A DNA stretch of 39,375 bases from positions 24,798,854-24,838,228 of the forward strand of contig NC_068981.1 of the NCBI RefSeq assembly GCF_001194135.2. Reading direction: 5' to 3'. Position 1 is the stretch's first letter; the number at the start of each line of letters is the position of its first letter. This document shows positions 24,798 to 34,308 of the stretch, piece after piece. Made by a program: the position numbers and the translations under genes. The notes under the pieces were generated by a model that was not told the DNA's origin, ran no database searches, and saw nothing but the letters and a program-made list of their open reading frames with translations. Source of the DNA: Octopus bimaculoides (Eukaryota).

Positions 24798-24965
24798 CAT
24801 GACGGGTTCTGTAGAGTTTCTGCCTATCACTTAATTTCAGTTCACAGGTATCGGTTAGCCTCAGGCTATAAGACTCTAGCACAAGGGTTTTCCCCAAGAT
24901 GTTGTCATATAGTGGGACTGACCGTGAACGCACATGTTGGCTGAAGTGGAATTGCTAACCACATG
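24798..24965 (-). mobile_element. SINE family C, decayed 5' half
   Basis: gacgggttctgtagagtttctgcc...aggctata...ccccaagatg...agtgggactgac is the reverse complement of the 20847 head. Confidence 0.65.
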
Positions 24966-25109
24966 GGTGGTCGTGGTCATCTTCATCATCATTATCCTAT
25001 TTCATCTTGCCATCCTCATTGTCTGTACACCTGATTGATATTCTGGCTCACCCACTCCCCTTTTTTTAATGTATATTTCAGTACCAAAGAAACCAGTTGT
25101 ATCAATCTT

Positions 25110-25173
25110 CATCACCATCACCACCACCACCATCACCACCACCACCATCACCACCACCCACCACCACCACAAC

Positions 25174-25206
<33 letters not shown>

Positions 25207-25215
25207 TATCATCAT
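25110..25215. repeat. (CAC)n/(CAT)n microsatellite
   Basis: Directly visible; explains the poly-His ORF. Similar (CAT)n tracts lie at 25789-25897, 33025-33100 and 35930-35976. Confidence 0.92.
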
Positions 25216-25349
25216 CCCTTGCATTTTCAAAGTTAGCACTAATGTTTAAGATCTAAAGCATGTTCATGGTTAATAAATCTATTATTATTATTATTATTGT
25301 TATTATTATTATTATTATTATTATTGTTATTATTATTATTATTGTTATT

Positions 25350-25563
25350 TAGGTGGCAAGCAGGCAGAATTGTTAGCATGCTGGGTGAAATGCTTAGCAG
25401 TATTTCGTCTTTCTTTATGTTCTGAATTCAAATTTTGTTAAGGTTGATTTTGCCTTTCATCCTTTCAGGGTCGATAAATTAAATACCAGTTGCGTACTGG
25501 GGTCGATGTAATTGACTGGTCCCCTCATCCAAGATTGCAGGCTTTGTGCCTATAGTAGAAAGG

Positions 25564-25606
<43 letters not shown>

Positions 25607-25785
25607 GCACACTAAACAAAATGCTTTGTGGTATTTCTTTTAGCTTGATGTTCTGACTTCAGATTCAGTCAAGGTAAATTTTACCTTTCACCCTCTCATG
25701 GTCAATGGAATCAACTAGTGCCCCCCCACTCAGAAAAAAAAAATAAATAAATAAATCAGGTCTTGTACCTACAGTAGGAAGAACT
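25350..25785 (+). mobile_element. Two tandem family A SINEs separated by (ATT)n
   Basis: Full copy 25350-25564; decayed, head-truncated copy ~25605-25785. Confidence 0.82.
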
Positions 25786-25788
25786 ATT

Positions 25789-25837
<49 letters not shown>

Positions 25838-25859
25838 CCATCATCACCACCATCACCAC

Positions 25860-25898
<39 letters not shown>

Positions 25899-26395
25899 TT
25901 CTGTGGCAGGAAGAGTTGAAATAACACACTAAATGCTTTGGCAACATTTAGTTATGGTGGGTTGTTTCCAGATGAGATTACACTCATATTTTCCCTAAAA
26001 TTTTTAGGCCCATGCTAAATTAGATAGGAAGGTCCTTATGAAAAGCTTTGTCCTGTATCAAGCACCAAAGTTCTCCCAGTTTGTGAGATTGCTTGTGTGT
26101 GTGATGTAGATCCGGTTCTGTGGAAGCCATACCATAGTGGTTGCTGAGAAGGAAGAGAGATGGACAGTCCCTAGTCATCATAAAGATCACCATCGTCATC
26201 CTCATCATCATTGTTACCATAGTAGTTTCGACCATTTTTTTTTTTTATTTTCATTTCTATCAGAATTCTTTTTAACGAAGAGCAGGGAGTTTAATGTGTC
26301 ACACCAAAATTATTTTCATACCCCATCCCACTTGCACACAGACATGAACACACACACACACACACACACACAGCTTGTCTAGTTTACTTTTTATT

Positions 26396-26741
26396 CAGTG
26401 ATCACTAATTTATCAATGGATTGATGGATTGTAATTAATCATTGATTCATGAAACAATCCATTCAGTATTGATCAATTATTGATTTCCCTGCCCCCTACC
26501 CATTTCCAGTTTACTATTATTATGAATTGATCAGTTTCATTAATCAATCTATTGATAAAACATTGATTGATTTGACTGAACACAAATTAATGCTGATTCA
26601 TTGATCACTTTTTAATTGAATAACAATTTAATTGATCAATGATTGGTCATTAGTAGATCATTTCAAATATTAGTTGATTGATGAGTTCAGTGATTGGTAA
26701 TTAATTATGCTTTGATGGATTTATCTTCTCATTGATCACTG
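26396..26741. repeat. Block saturated with ATTGAT/ATCAAT and TGATCA motifs, bounded by a short inverted repeat
   Basis: By hand count: 12 ATTGAT, 4 ATCAAT and 6 TGATCA. The ends are cagtgatca (26396-26404) and tgatcactg (26733-26741). Confidence 0.7.
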
Positions 26742-26775
26742 TGAATAATTTGTTGGCTTGTTTATACATACATAC

Positions 26776-26830
<55 letters not shown>

Positions 26831-27774
26831 TACATACTCACAAGAGTATATATTTATTCATTTACATATATTTATGTATGTGTTTATGTATATATATATA
26901 TATATATATAAAGTGAATGTATGTATGTATGTTCCAAGTTGTAGGCCACAGAATTGCACCTAGGTAGCAGAAATTTTGCATAGGTGCACATCTTTTCAAG
27001 GAGAAGATTGTAGGTTATGTCACATTTTCTGCTACTTCTTAGTAACCCAGCCCAACAATGCTGCTAGTGTGTGTGTGTGTGTGTGTATATATGTATGTGT
27101 GTGTGTGTGTATATATATTACATATATATATATATATATATATATATGGACAATAATATATCAAAATAGACTAAAATTCAGGGTATTTGTTTGTTAATGT
27201 TTGTGAATATCTCTCTTTATTAATAAATAATTAGTTTTGTTGTTCATATTGTTGTTGCTGTTAATGTTGTTTACCATTTTTTGTTTTAGTTTTGTTAGTG
27301 TATAATTGTTTTTTTTTTATTACCTTTTTAAAATTCATTTATTTGTTTTTTATGTTCAATACTTTCATTCGTTTGCAAGTGTGTGAGTGCGTGCATGTGT
27401 GTTTGTGTGTGTATGTGTGCGCGTGTGTGTACATTACAATGATATGAAGTTATTTCTTTCTTAATAAAACAGATTAATGAGTTTCATACAATGTTTTTCT
27501 GTTTGTTACTTTTTTTTATTTCATGGAATTTTTTATTGTTCTTGTTGTTATTTTCTTATATTACTGTTAAAATTCACTTGAAGAACCAGACGTCTCGAAA
27601 CACTCAAGAAAAAGAAAGATGAAGATGAAATCAATAATGGCGGTGATTGGTTCTCACATAGGTGTAAACGACCAGGATTTGGGGCAAAGGTAATCATGGT
27701 AGTAATGAAAATAATAATACTTTCCTTATTGGTTGCAAAAGAAAGAAGAAAACATTTAGGATAATACAAAGACA

Positions 27775-28135
27775 TCATCATCATCGTTTAACGTCCGCTT
27801 TCCATGCTGGCATGGGTTGGACGATTTGACTGAGGACTGGTGAAACAGGATGGCTACACCAGGCTCCAATCTGATTTGGCAGAGTTTCTCCAGCTGGATG
27901 CCCTTCCTAACGCCAACCACTCTGAGACTGTAGTGGGTGCTGTTACATGTCACCTGCACGAAGGCCAGTCAGGCAGTACTGGCAACGGCCACGCTCAAAT
28001 GGTGTATTTTATGTGCCACCCGCACAAGAGCCAGTCCAGGGGCACTGGCAACGATCTCGCCTGAAAGTCCATTACACACGCCACGGGCACAAGTGCCAGA
28101 AAGGCGATGCTAGGCACAGGTGCCATAAGGAAATA
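27775..28135 (-). mobile_element. SINE family B
   Basis: catcatcgtttaacgtccgctttccatgctggcatgggttggacg...cagctggatgcccttcctaacgccaacc; nearly identical to 37005-37305. Confidence 0.9.
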
Positions 28136-28151
28136 ATAACAATCATAATAA

Positions 28152-28588
28152 TTCTTTCTTCCGAAGGCATAAGGCCTGAAATTTTGTGGGGACGAAGACT
28201 AGTCAATTACATCAACCCCAGTGTTTCGCTGGTACTGAATTTATTGATCCCAAAAGGATGAAAGGCAAAGTCGACCTTGGTGGAATTTGAACCCAGAATG
28301 TGAAGACAGATGAAATACGACTAAGCATTTCGCCCAGCAAGCTAACGATTCTGCCAGCTTGCCATCTTAATAATAATAATAATAATAATTGTTTCTACTC
28401 TAGGCACAAGGCCCAAAGTTTTTGGGGAGCAGGGCCTGTCGATTAGATCGACCTCAGTACACAACTGGTACCTAATTTATCGACCCTGAAAGGATGAAAG
28501 GCAAAGTCGACCTCAGTGGAATTTGAACTCAGAACGTAAAGACAGACGAAATACCGCTAAACATTTCGCCCGGCGTGCTAACGTTTCT
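28152..28588 (-). mobile_element. Two tandem family A SINEs in minus orientation (28152-28369, 28392-28588)
   Basis: aaggcctgaaatt tail, ggatgaaaggcaaagtcgacc body, gaatttgaactcagaacg B-box; separated by (AAT)n. Confidence 0.9.
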
Positions 28589-28778
28589 TATTTTTTTATT
28601 GCCCACAAGGGGCTAAACATAGAGGGGACAAGCAAAGAGATTAAGTCGATTAGATTGATCCCAGTGCATAACTGGTACTTAATCTATCGACCCTGAAAGG
28701 ATGAAAGGCAAAGTCGACCTCAGCAGAATTTGAACTCAGAATGTAAAGCTGGACAAAATACCACAAAGCATTTTGCCA
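28589..28778 (-). mobile_element. Family A SINE body with a different 3' tail (gtcccctctatgtttagccccttgtgggcaataaa)
   Basis: The body is the same as family A, but the tail is unrelated to the (ATT)n-type tails and resembles 29799-29848. The head is cut off by the adjacent LINE fragment. Confidence 0.85.
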
Positions 28779-28787
28779 TACCTGGGG

Positions 28788-29133
28788 ATGTATGAGTGGG
28801 TGTCAAAGGGCTGGAAAAGATTGAAAATTACAAACTACTAAAAGATGAAATTGCACAAATATGGGCAATGAAAAGAGTAACTGTTATTTCAGAAGGTGTA
28901 GGGGCACTGGACACATTAACAACCAGGTTTGGAGAAATTGGGATTGACATGGGAGCAGAACATGCTCAGAAAGCTGCTTTATTGGGGACAATGAGGATTC
29001 TGAGATTGGTACTTGAATAGAAAGAGACCCTGAGACTGTTGACAACAGGTTGTTGTCTGCTCTTACAGAATTAGCCAGAGCAACTGAGATCAAGAGCTCT
29101 GATAAGTGGAATAGTCATAATAATAATAATAAT
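28788..29133 (+). mobile_element. R4/Dong-like non-LTR retrotransposon 3' end (restriction-like endonuclease C-terminus, 3'UTR, (TAA)n tail)
   Basis: ORF 28796-29020 LEKIENYKLLKDEIAQIWAMKRVTVISEGVGALD...EHAQKAALLGTMRILRLVLE* follows the R4/Dong pattern EK..KY..L..EI..W....V.VIPVV.GALG...QK.ALLGT.RILR.VL. Ends in taataataat. Confidence 0.85.
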
Positions 29134-29134
29134 A

Positions 29135-29427
29135 GTTCCAGCTTTTAGCACAGGGCCAGTAATTTTGTGGAGGGGCTAAGTCGACTACAACAACCCCAGT
29201 GTTCAACTGCTACTTACTTTATCGACCCAAAAGGATAAAAAGCAAAGTTGACCTCTGCAGAATTTGAACGTGAAGATGGACAAAATACCACTAAGCATTT
29301 CACCCAGTATGTTAATGATTCTGTCAGTTTACTGCCTTAGAATATAATAATAATAACAATAATCCTTTCTACTAAAGGCACAAGACCTGGAATTTGGGGA
29401 GAGGAGACTAGTCGATTGCATTGACCC
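29135..29427 (-). mobile_element. Family A SINE (29135-29339) plus the tail of another copy (29362-29427)
   Basis: Reverse-complement family A motifs, separated by (AAT)n. Confidence 0.82.
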
Positions 29428-29469
29428 CTTTTAAAGAACCCCATGGACCTAGGAACATCCTGATTACTA

Positions 29470-29675
29470 GGGACACAAATTGTCATCCAACTGTTGTTCT
29501 TCAGTCTACAGGCACATACTTAGAATAGGTCCATTCACCCTAACTGTTTTCGCCACAGACACCCGCACTTTCCTTTCCAAATGGAACTTAAAGATGATGA
29601 GGTCTTAACCAAAAAGGAAGGTATCTTTCCTCTGTAAGGGCAACATCTTTAATGAACCAGGTAAAACATAATACT
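29470..29675 (-). mobile_element. Probable L1/Tx1-like LINE ORF2 C-terminal fragment
   Basis: Minus-strand FHLERKVRVSVAKTVRVNGPILSMCL* resembles Tx1-type C-termini as I recall them. It is short and frameshifted. Confidence 0.4.
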
Positions 29676-29794
29676 TTGTTTTTATTTTGTTTGGGGTATT
29701 TTTTTTTAATGGTTTACTTTGATTGATATAAGATTCTGGTTTTGGTAGTTTAAAGCTGGAGGGAGTTTATATTATTAGTAATATTAATTATTAT

Positions 29795-30100
29795 ATCATT
29801 TATTGGCCAGTAGGGCCGACATGTAGGGGCCAAACAGTAGATGGGGACAGTGAGGGTTTTACACAAAACAAGTAAGCAATTAGGAAAACAAGCATTAAAC
29901 AAGAAAAATGTAGCAATAAGATTTCCCCAATACGGGGAATGACGACCCAGGGATGGCTCAGGTACCCAACCAATCCTGAACCACACGATGCTTCGACACC
30001 AGACTTCCCCCGTCACTAATCCTGTATAAATTTCTAAAGCAGAACATCCACCGATCCCATTGCTCGACTGGTAGAGGGTTGTGAGTGCCTGACGACAATA
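29795..30100 (-). mobile_element. Probable LINE 3' end (possibly L1/Tx1-like) with a polypyrimidine 3'UTR and AATAAA
   Basis: An open frame ending ...EQWDRWMFCFRNLYRISDGGSLVSKHRVVQDWLGT*, then a T-rich UTR ending gcccct...ggccaataaa. The tail is shared with the SINE at 28589. Confidence 0.45.
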
Positions 30101-30106
30101 GCAATA

Positions 30107-30321
30107 CTTTCTACTGTAGGCACAAGGTCTGAAATTTTTTGTGGGGCATGGTAAGTCGATTTCATCAACCCCAGTGTTTCATTGGTACTTATTTTATCAA
30201 ACCCAAAAGGATGAAAGGCAAAAATCAACCTTGGCAGAATTTGAGCTCAGAACATAAGATGGATGAAATGCTGCTAAGCATTTTTCTCAGCATGTTAACA
30301 ATTCTACCTGCTCACTGCCTT
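30107..30321 (-). mobile_element. SINE family A
   Basis: ctttctactgtaggcacaaggtctgaaatt tail through ggatgaaaggcaaa to the head, then (AAT)n. Confidence 0.87.
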
Positions 30322-30365
30322 AATAATAATGATAATAATAATAATAATAATAATATATATATATA

Positions 30366-30662
30366 TATATGGAAAATACTGGAAGGACTGGTACCAAACT
30401 TTGGCATCAAGTATTACACGAATGCTCGCAAAGGTCACCACTGCCTAGAACCAAGGGTACTGTCCACTGCATCTCACATAAGAACAAGGTACTGTAACAC
30501 CCTCAGTTTCAGAAGACCTCAGCTCTTTAATGCCCTGCCAAAACAATTGAGAGACCTACAAGACAAGGATATAGAGGTCTTCAAAACAAAACTCGACACT
30601 TTCCTATCCACGATACCAGACGAACCAATGGCTTGAAATGAGACACAGTTGAGGGCAGCAAC
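30366..30662 (+). mobile_element. APE-type LINE (Nimb/I- or CR1-group; clade uncertain) ORF2 C-terminal fragment
   Basis: YIWKILEGLVPN...RRPQLFNALPKQLRDL...VFKTKLDTFLSTIPDEPMA*NETQLRAA is a typical LINE C-terminus. It is highly similar at the nucleotide level to the second copy at 38745-39030. Confidence 0.85.
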
Positions 30663-30858
30663 ATACAGAAAATTGCACTACTGGGCACTACACACATCCT
30701 ACACAAAACACTTTCAATACAGTAACCATAAGAGCATCACAGCAAATCACAGCACATACCCAAGGCACACAGAGCTGCACCCGGTAGTGAAGTGAAAGCA
30801 CACTATAAAAATAAAACTACTGAATAATAATAATAACAACAACAATAATAATAATAAT
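30660..30858 (+). mobile_element. Second R4/Dong-like 3' end with 3'UTR and (TAA)n tail
   Basis: NIQKIALLGTTHILHKTLSIQ* (30660-30725) contains the QK.ALLGT.HIL motif. Its 3'UTR differs from the 28788 copy; ends in aataataat. Confidence 0.75.
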
Positions 30859-30859
30859 A

Positions 30860-31284
30860 TAAAGAATAAAAAGTTTTGAATGGTACAACAATGCACTATT
30901 ATACAAAAAAATGGACTATATACTTGTAATTTAGTTATCTATAGTCCGAAAAAAAAAATGAGAAGCTGCACATATTACACAACTTAGAAGCAGCGCTACA
31001 AATGTGCCAACACACACGAGATTGAAACATAGCCGACCTCACACACTTCTCAAGAGGTATTCCGGAAGGAGCTTCGTGAAACCACTACTGAGATACTTCC
31101 GGAAAAAAGAAAAGAAAACCGTTAGTAAACAGTTGATAGCAGCGACTCCATCTAAGAAGATCTGAAGAAGGAATTGTATTCCGAAATATCATCGGACTAT
31201 AGATAACTAAATTACAACAAGTATATAGTCCATTTTTTTGTATTCTAGTGCATTGTTGTACCATTCAAAACTTTTTATTCTTTA
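30860..31284 (+). mobile_element. Penelope-like element remnant: inverted terminal arm, GIY-YIG-like C-terminal ORF, hammerhead and tail
   Basis: 30860-30949 is the reverse complement of 31192-31284 (2 substitutions, one 3-nt indel). The open frame 30962-31165 begins EAAHITQL, resembling the EAxxI helix at the end of Penelope GIY-YIG domains. Hammerhead at 31159-31193. Confidence 0.78.
31159..31193 (+). ncRNA. Minimal type I hammerhead ribozyme motif (Penelope type), intact core
   Basis: GAU [stem I] CUGAAGA A GGAA-UUGUA-UUCC [stem II] GAAA UA UC^ AUC [stem I']. It has a palindromic AUAU in place of stem III; predicted cleavage is after 31190. Confidence 0.75.
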
Positions 31285-31344
31285 CAAACATTACACAATG
31301 TTCCAAGCGATCTACAATACTCTCTAATAATAATAATAATAATA

Positions 31345-31406
31345 ATAGTTGTTTCAAATGTTTGGCACAAGACCAGCAATTTTGGTGGTGGGGGGGAGGG
31401 GAGGGG
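31345..31406 (-). mobile_element. SINE family A tail, rest lost in the N-gap
   Basis: gtttcaaatgtttggcacaagaccagcaatt preceded by (AAT)n. Confidence 0.7.
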
Positions 31407-32404
31407 NNNNNNNNNNNNNNNNNNNNNNNNNNNNNNNNNNNNNNNNNNNNNNNNNNNNNNNNNNNNNNNNNNNNNNNNNNNNNNNNNNNNNNNNNNNNNN
31501 NNNNNNNNNNNNNNNNNNNNNNNNNNNNNNNNNNNNNNNNNNNNNNNNNNNNNNNNNNNNNNNNNNNNNNNNNNNNNNNNNNNNNNNNNNNNNNNNNNNN
31601 NNNNNNNNNNNNNNNNNNNNNNNNNNNNNNNNNNNNNNNNNNNNNNNNNNNNNNNNNNNNNNNNNNNNNNNNNNNNNNNNNNNNNNNNNNNNNNNNNNNN
31701 NNNNNNNNNNNNNNNNNNNNNNNNNNNNNNNNNNNNNNNNNNNNNNNNNNNNNNNNNNNNNNNNNNNNNNNNNNNNNNNNNNNNNNNNNNNNNNNNNNNN
31801 NNNNNNNNNNNNNNNNNNNNNNNNNNNNNNNNNNNNNNNNNNNNNNNNNNNNNNNNNNNNNNNNNNNNNNNNNNNNNNNNNNNNNNNNNNNNNNNNNNNN
31901 NNNNNNNNNNNNNNNNNNNNNNNNNNNNNNNNNNNNNNNNNNNNNNNNNNNNNNNNNNNNNNNNNNNNNNNNNNNNNNNNNNNNNNNNNNNTCACAAGAC
32001 ATGCAGAAGGAAATATAAAAATGCAAATGAAAATATATACATAATTTAAACAAGTTTGTTATTTTTATGAATTTTTTTTTTTTTTTTTAAGCGAAATAAA
32101 TAAACACAGAAGTAATGCTATTATACTCCTACTTTTCTGCTGAGAATTTGTCATTGTGTTTTAAAAAGATTTGTATGATTAAAATTAAATTTTTTCATTA
32201 TAATTGACATTTGTGGGTGGACAAATTGTTAAATTAAAGTATTTAAAGTGTGTGGGCTTTGTTGTCTGTAAATTTGTAAATTACTGCAATAAAACTGCAT
32301 GTACATACATACATACATACATACATATGTACATACATACATTCACTGAAAAGATTGTCAGTAAGTGAAATTCTATCTAATGAGGCTTTTCAAATAGCAA
32401 GAAC

Positions 32405-32656
32405 CCTGGACTGGTGCAGCGTAAAAGCACCTATGCTGGCACCATGTAAAAAGCTTCTGTGCTGGTGCTATGTAACAGCAACCGTGCCAGTGCCACAGAG
32501 AAGCATCTGTGCTGGTGCCATTAAAAAAAGCACACAGCACAACTCTGTAAATTGGTTGGCTTTAGGAAGAGCATCCAGCTGTAGAAACCAATCCAAATCA
32601 GACTGGAACCAGATGCAGCTCTCCTGCTTGCCAGCCCTGGTCAAACTGTCCAACTC
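32405..32656 (+). mobile_element. SINE family B variant with ~20-bp internal repeats, 3' end interrupted
   Basis: Repeated gtgctggtgcc...aaaagca units, then ttggttggctttaggaagagcatccagctgtagaaac. It stops at aactcatg where family E begins. Confidence 0.75.
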
Positions 32657-32880
32657 ATGTTGTTGTTGTTGGCACTCCGTCGCTTACGACGTCGAGGGTT
32701 CCAGTTGATCCGATCAACGGAACAGCCTGCTCGTGAAATTAACGTGCAAGTGGCTGAGCACTCTACAGACACGTGTACCCTTAACGTAGTTCTCGGGGAT
32801 ATTCAGCGTGACACGGAGTGTGACAATGCAGACCCTTTGAATTACAGGCACAACAGAAACAGCAAGTAAGAGTGATATAG
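32657..32880 (-). mobile_element. SINE-like family E 3' part with (AAC)n tail (RTE-type ending)
   Basis: The minus strand ends ...cgtcgtaagcgacggagtgccaacaacaacaac. It is GC-rich relative to background and I recognise it as an octopus-type repeat; single copy in the window. Confidence 0.6.
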
Positions 32881-33059
32881 GAAGGCCTAAAACTCTAGCA
32901 GATCCAGTCACGGAAACCCACAGATTCTAGATCAACCTGACCACCAAATGTGTTTACTTTCTTTCTCCTGCTGTTCTCTGAAATACAGGCACAATGGTAA
33001 TCAGTACAGTTAAGTCCTGACCATGGTCATCATCATCATCATTATTATCATCATCATCC

Positions 33060-33101
<42 letters not shown>

Positions 33102-33184
33102 ACAGTAGCATCAATTCCTGTACATTATTTTCTTAAGTGACCAAGATCACAAAAGGGCTACTTGTTTACAGCTGAATGGACAGG

Positions 33185-33514
33185 GTAAAAACCCCTGCCT
33201 GTCATGAATGACGATGGAATTCCACCTAGACAGTTACCTTCTGAGGCACAATTCCAAGCAAGCTTGTTTATAGAAAACCAGCAGTCACCCATGCATACCA
33301 GCTTCCCGTCTCCACACCACTGCTGTTATCTAAAAGGAAAGGCAAAAGCTGATACAGCTTGTCACCGGTGATGTTGCAACTCATTTCTACAGCTGAGTGA
33401 AATGGAGCAACATGAAATAAAGTGTCTTGCCCAAGAACACAATATGCAGCCTGGTCCGGGAATCGAACTCACTACCTCATGATTGTGAGCCCGATGCTCT
33501 AACCACTGAGCCAT
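33185..33514 (-). mobile_element. SINE family D, full length, tRNA-Met-like head
   Basis: Minus strand atggctcagtggttagagcatcgggctcacaatcatgaggtagtgagttcgattccc (A- and B-boxes), then tgtgttcttgggcaagacac (V/CORE-like central motif). Truncated plus-strand copy at 36552-36662. Confidence 0.82.
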
Positions 33515-33659
33515 AAGAGCTGCATGAAATAAAGTGTTTTTGTCAAGAACACAATTCATCTCCAGTTTGGGAATCGGAAGCTTAACTGTATGATCATGCA
33601 CCTACACTTGAAGTTAAGTGGCCCTCATCATCATTGGCAGCATTAACTCATATTTCAGT

Positions 33660-34045
33660 GATTAATCTGTTGAGTGATTGAGCCTCTTCATCCTGATGGA
33701 TGAGAAGGGTGCTGGTGCCTGAAGTGGCTGTTCAGGATAAGGGCAGTATAGAAGAGCCATGGGGCATTTAATGTAGGAGAGGGCAAGTGGGTGATGAGGA
33801 AGTGTGAGTTACTCTTTGCATTCTCAACATCTGATCTTTGCCTCTTTGAATCTGTTATTTAAACCATCTGAACCATTCCCTTGACGATGACATGACACAA
33901 CTTTGGGTGGTCCTTGGTGATTGTCTCCCAGATATTTGGGCCAATGGTGCAGCGGAGGAGAGTGGTCTTGAGTTGGTCTCGAAAACAGAATTTGAGGGCT
34001 CTGCATGGGTTTGGTGCCTGAGGCCAACACTGCAAAAGAGGAGTT
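33660..34045 (-). mobile_element. RTE/BovB-like LINE 3' fragment, frameshifted
   Basis: QILFSRPTQ and IGPNIWETITKDHPKLCHVIVKG resemble the RTE motifs PKQILFS.L..G and I....WE..A.DR..WR..V..G. Confidence 0.55.
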
Positions 34046-34129
34046 GACGGTGGTGGTGGTGGTGGGGGACTAAATAATATCAAATCTAATTTGGGTTTAA
34101 CATAATTCTCCTCAATTCAAGTTGACTGT

Positions 34130-34308
34130 CGTTCTGTTCTGAGTTCAAATTCCACCAAGATCAACTTTGCCTTTCATCCTTTAGTGGGGTCGATAGATTA
34201 AGTACCAGTTGTGTACTAGAGTCAATCTAATCGACTGACCCCCCCCCCCCNNNNNNNNNNNNNNNNNNCTCCTCCCTCAAAATTTCAGGCCTTGTGCCTA
34301 CAGTAGAA
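34130..34308 (+). mobile_element. SINE family A, 5'-truncated (small gap 34251-34268)
   Basis: gttctgagttcaaattccaccaagatcaactttgcctttcatcc...aaatttcaggccttgtgcctacagtagaa. Confidence 0.85.

Noticed and set aside
27833-27850. ctgaggactggtgaaac, a hammerhead-like word inside family B
   Set aside because: No stem II can form, and the second copy (37.07 kb) reads gaacc instead of gaaac.
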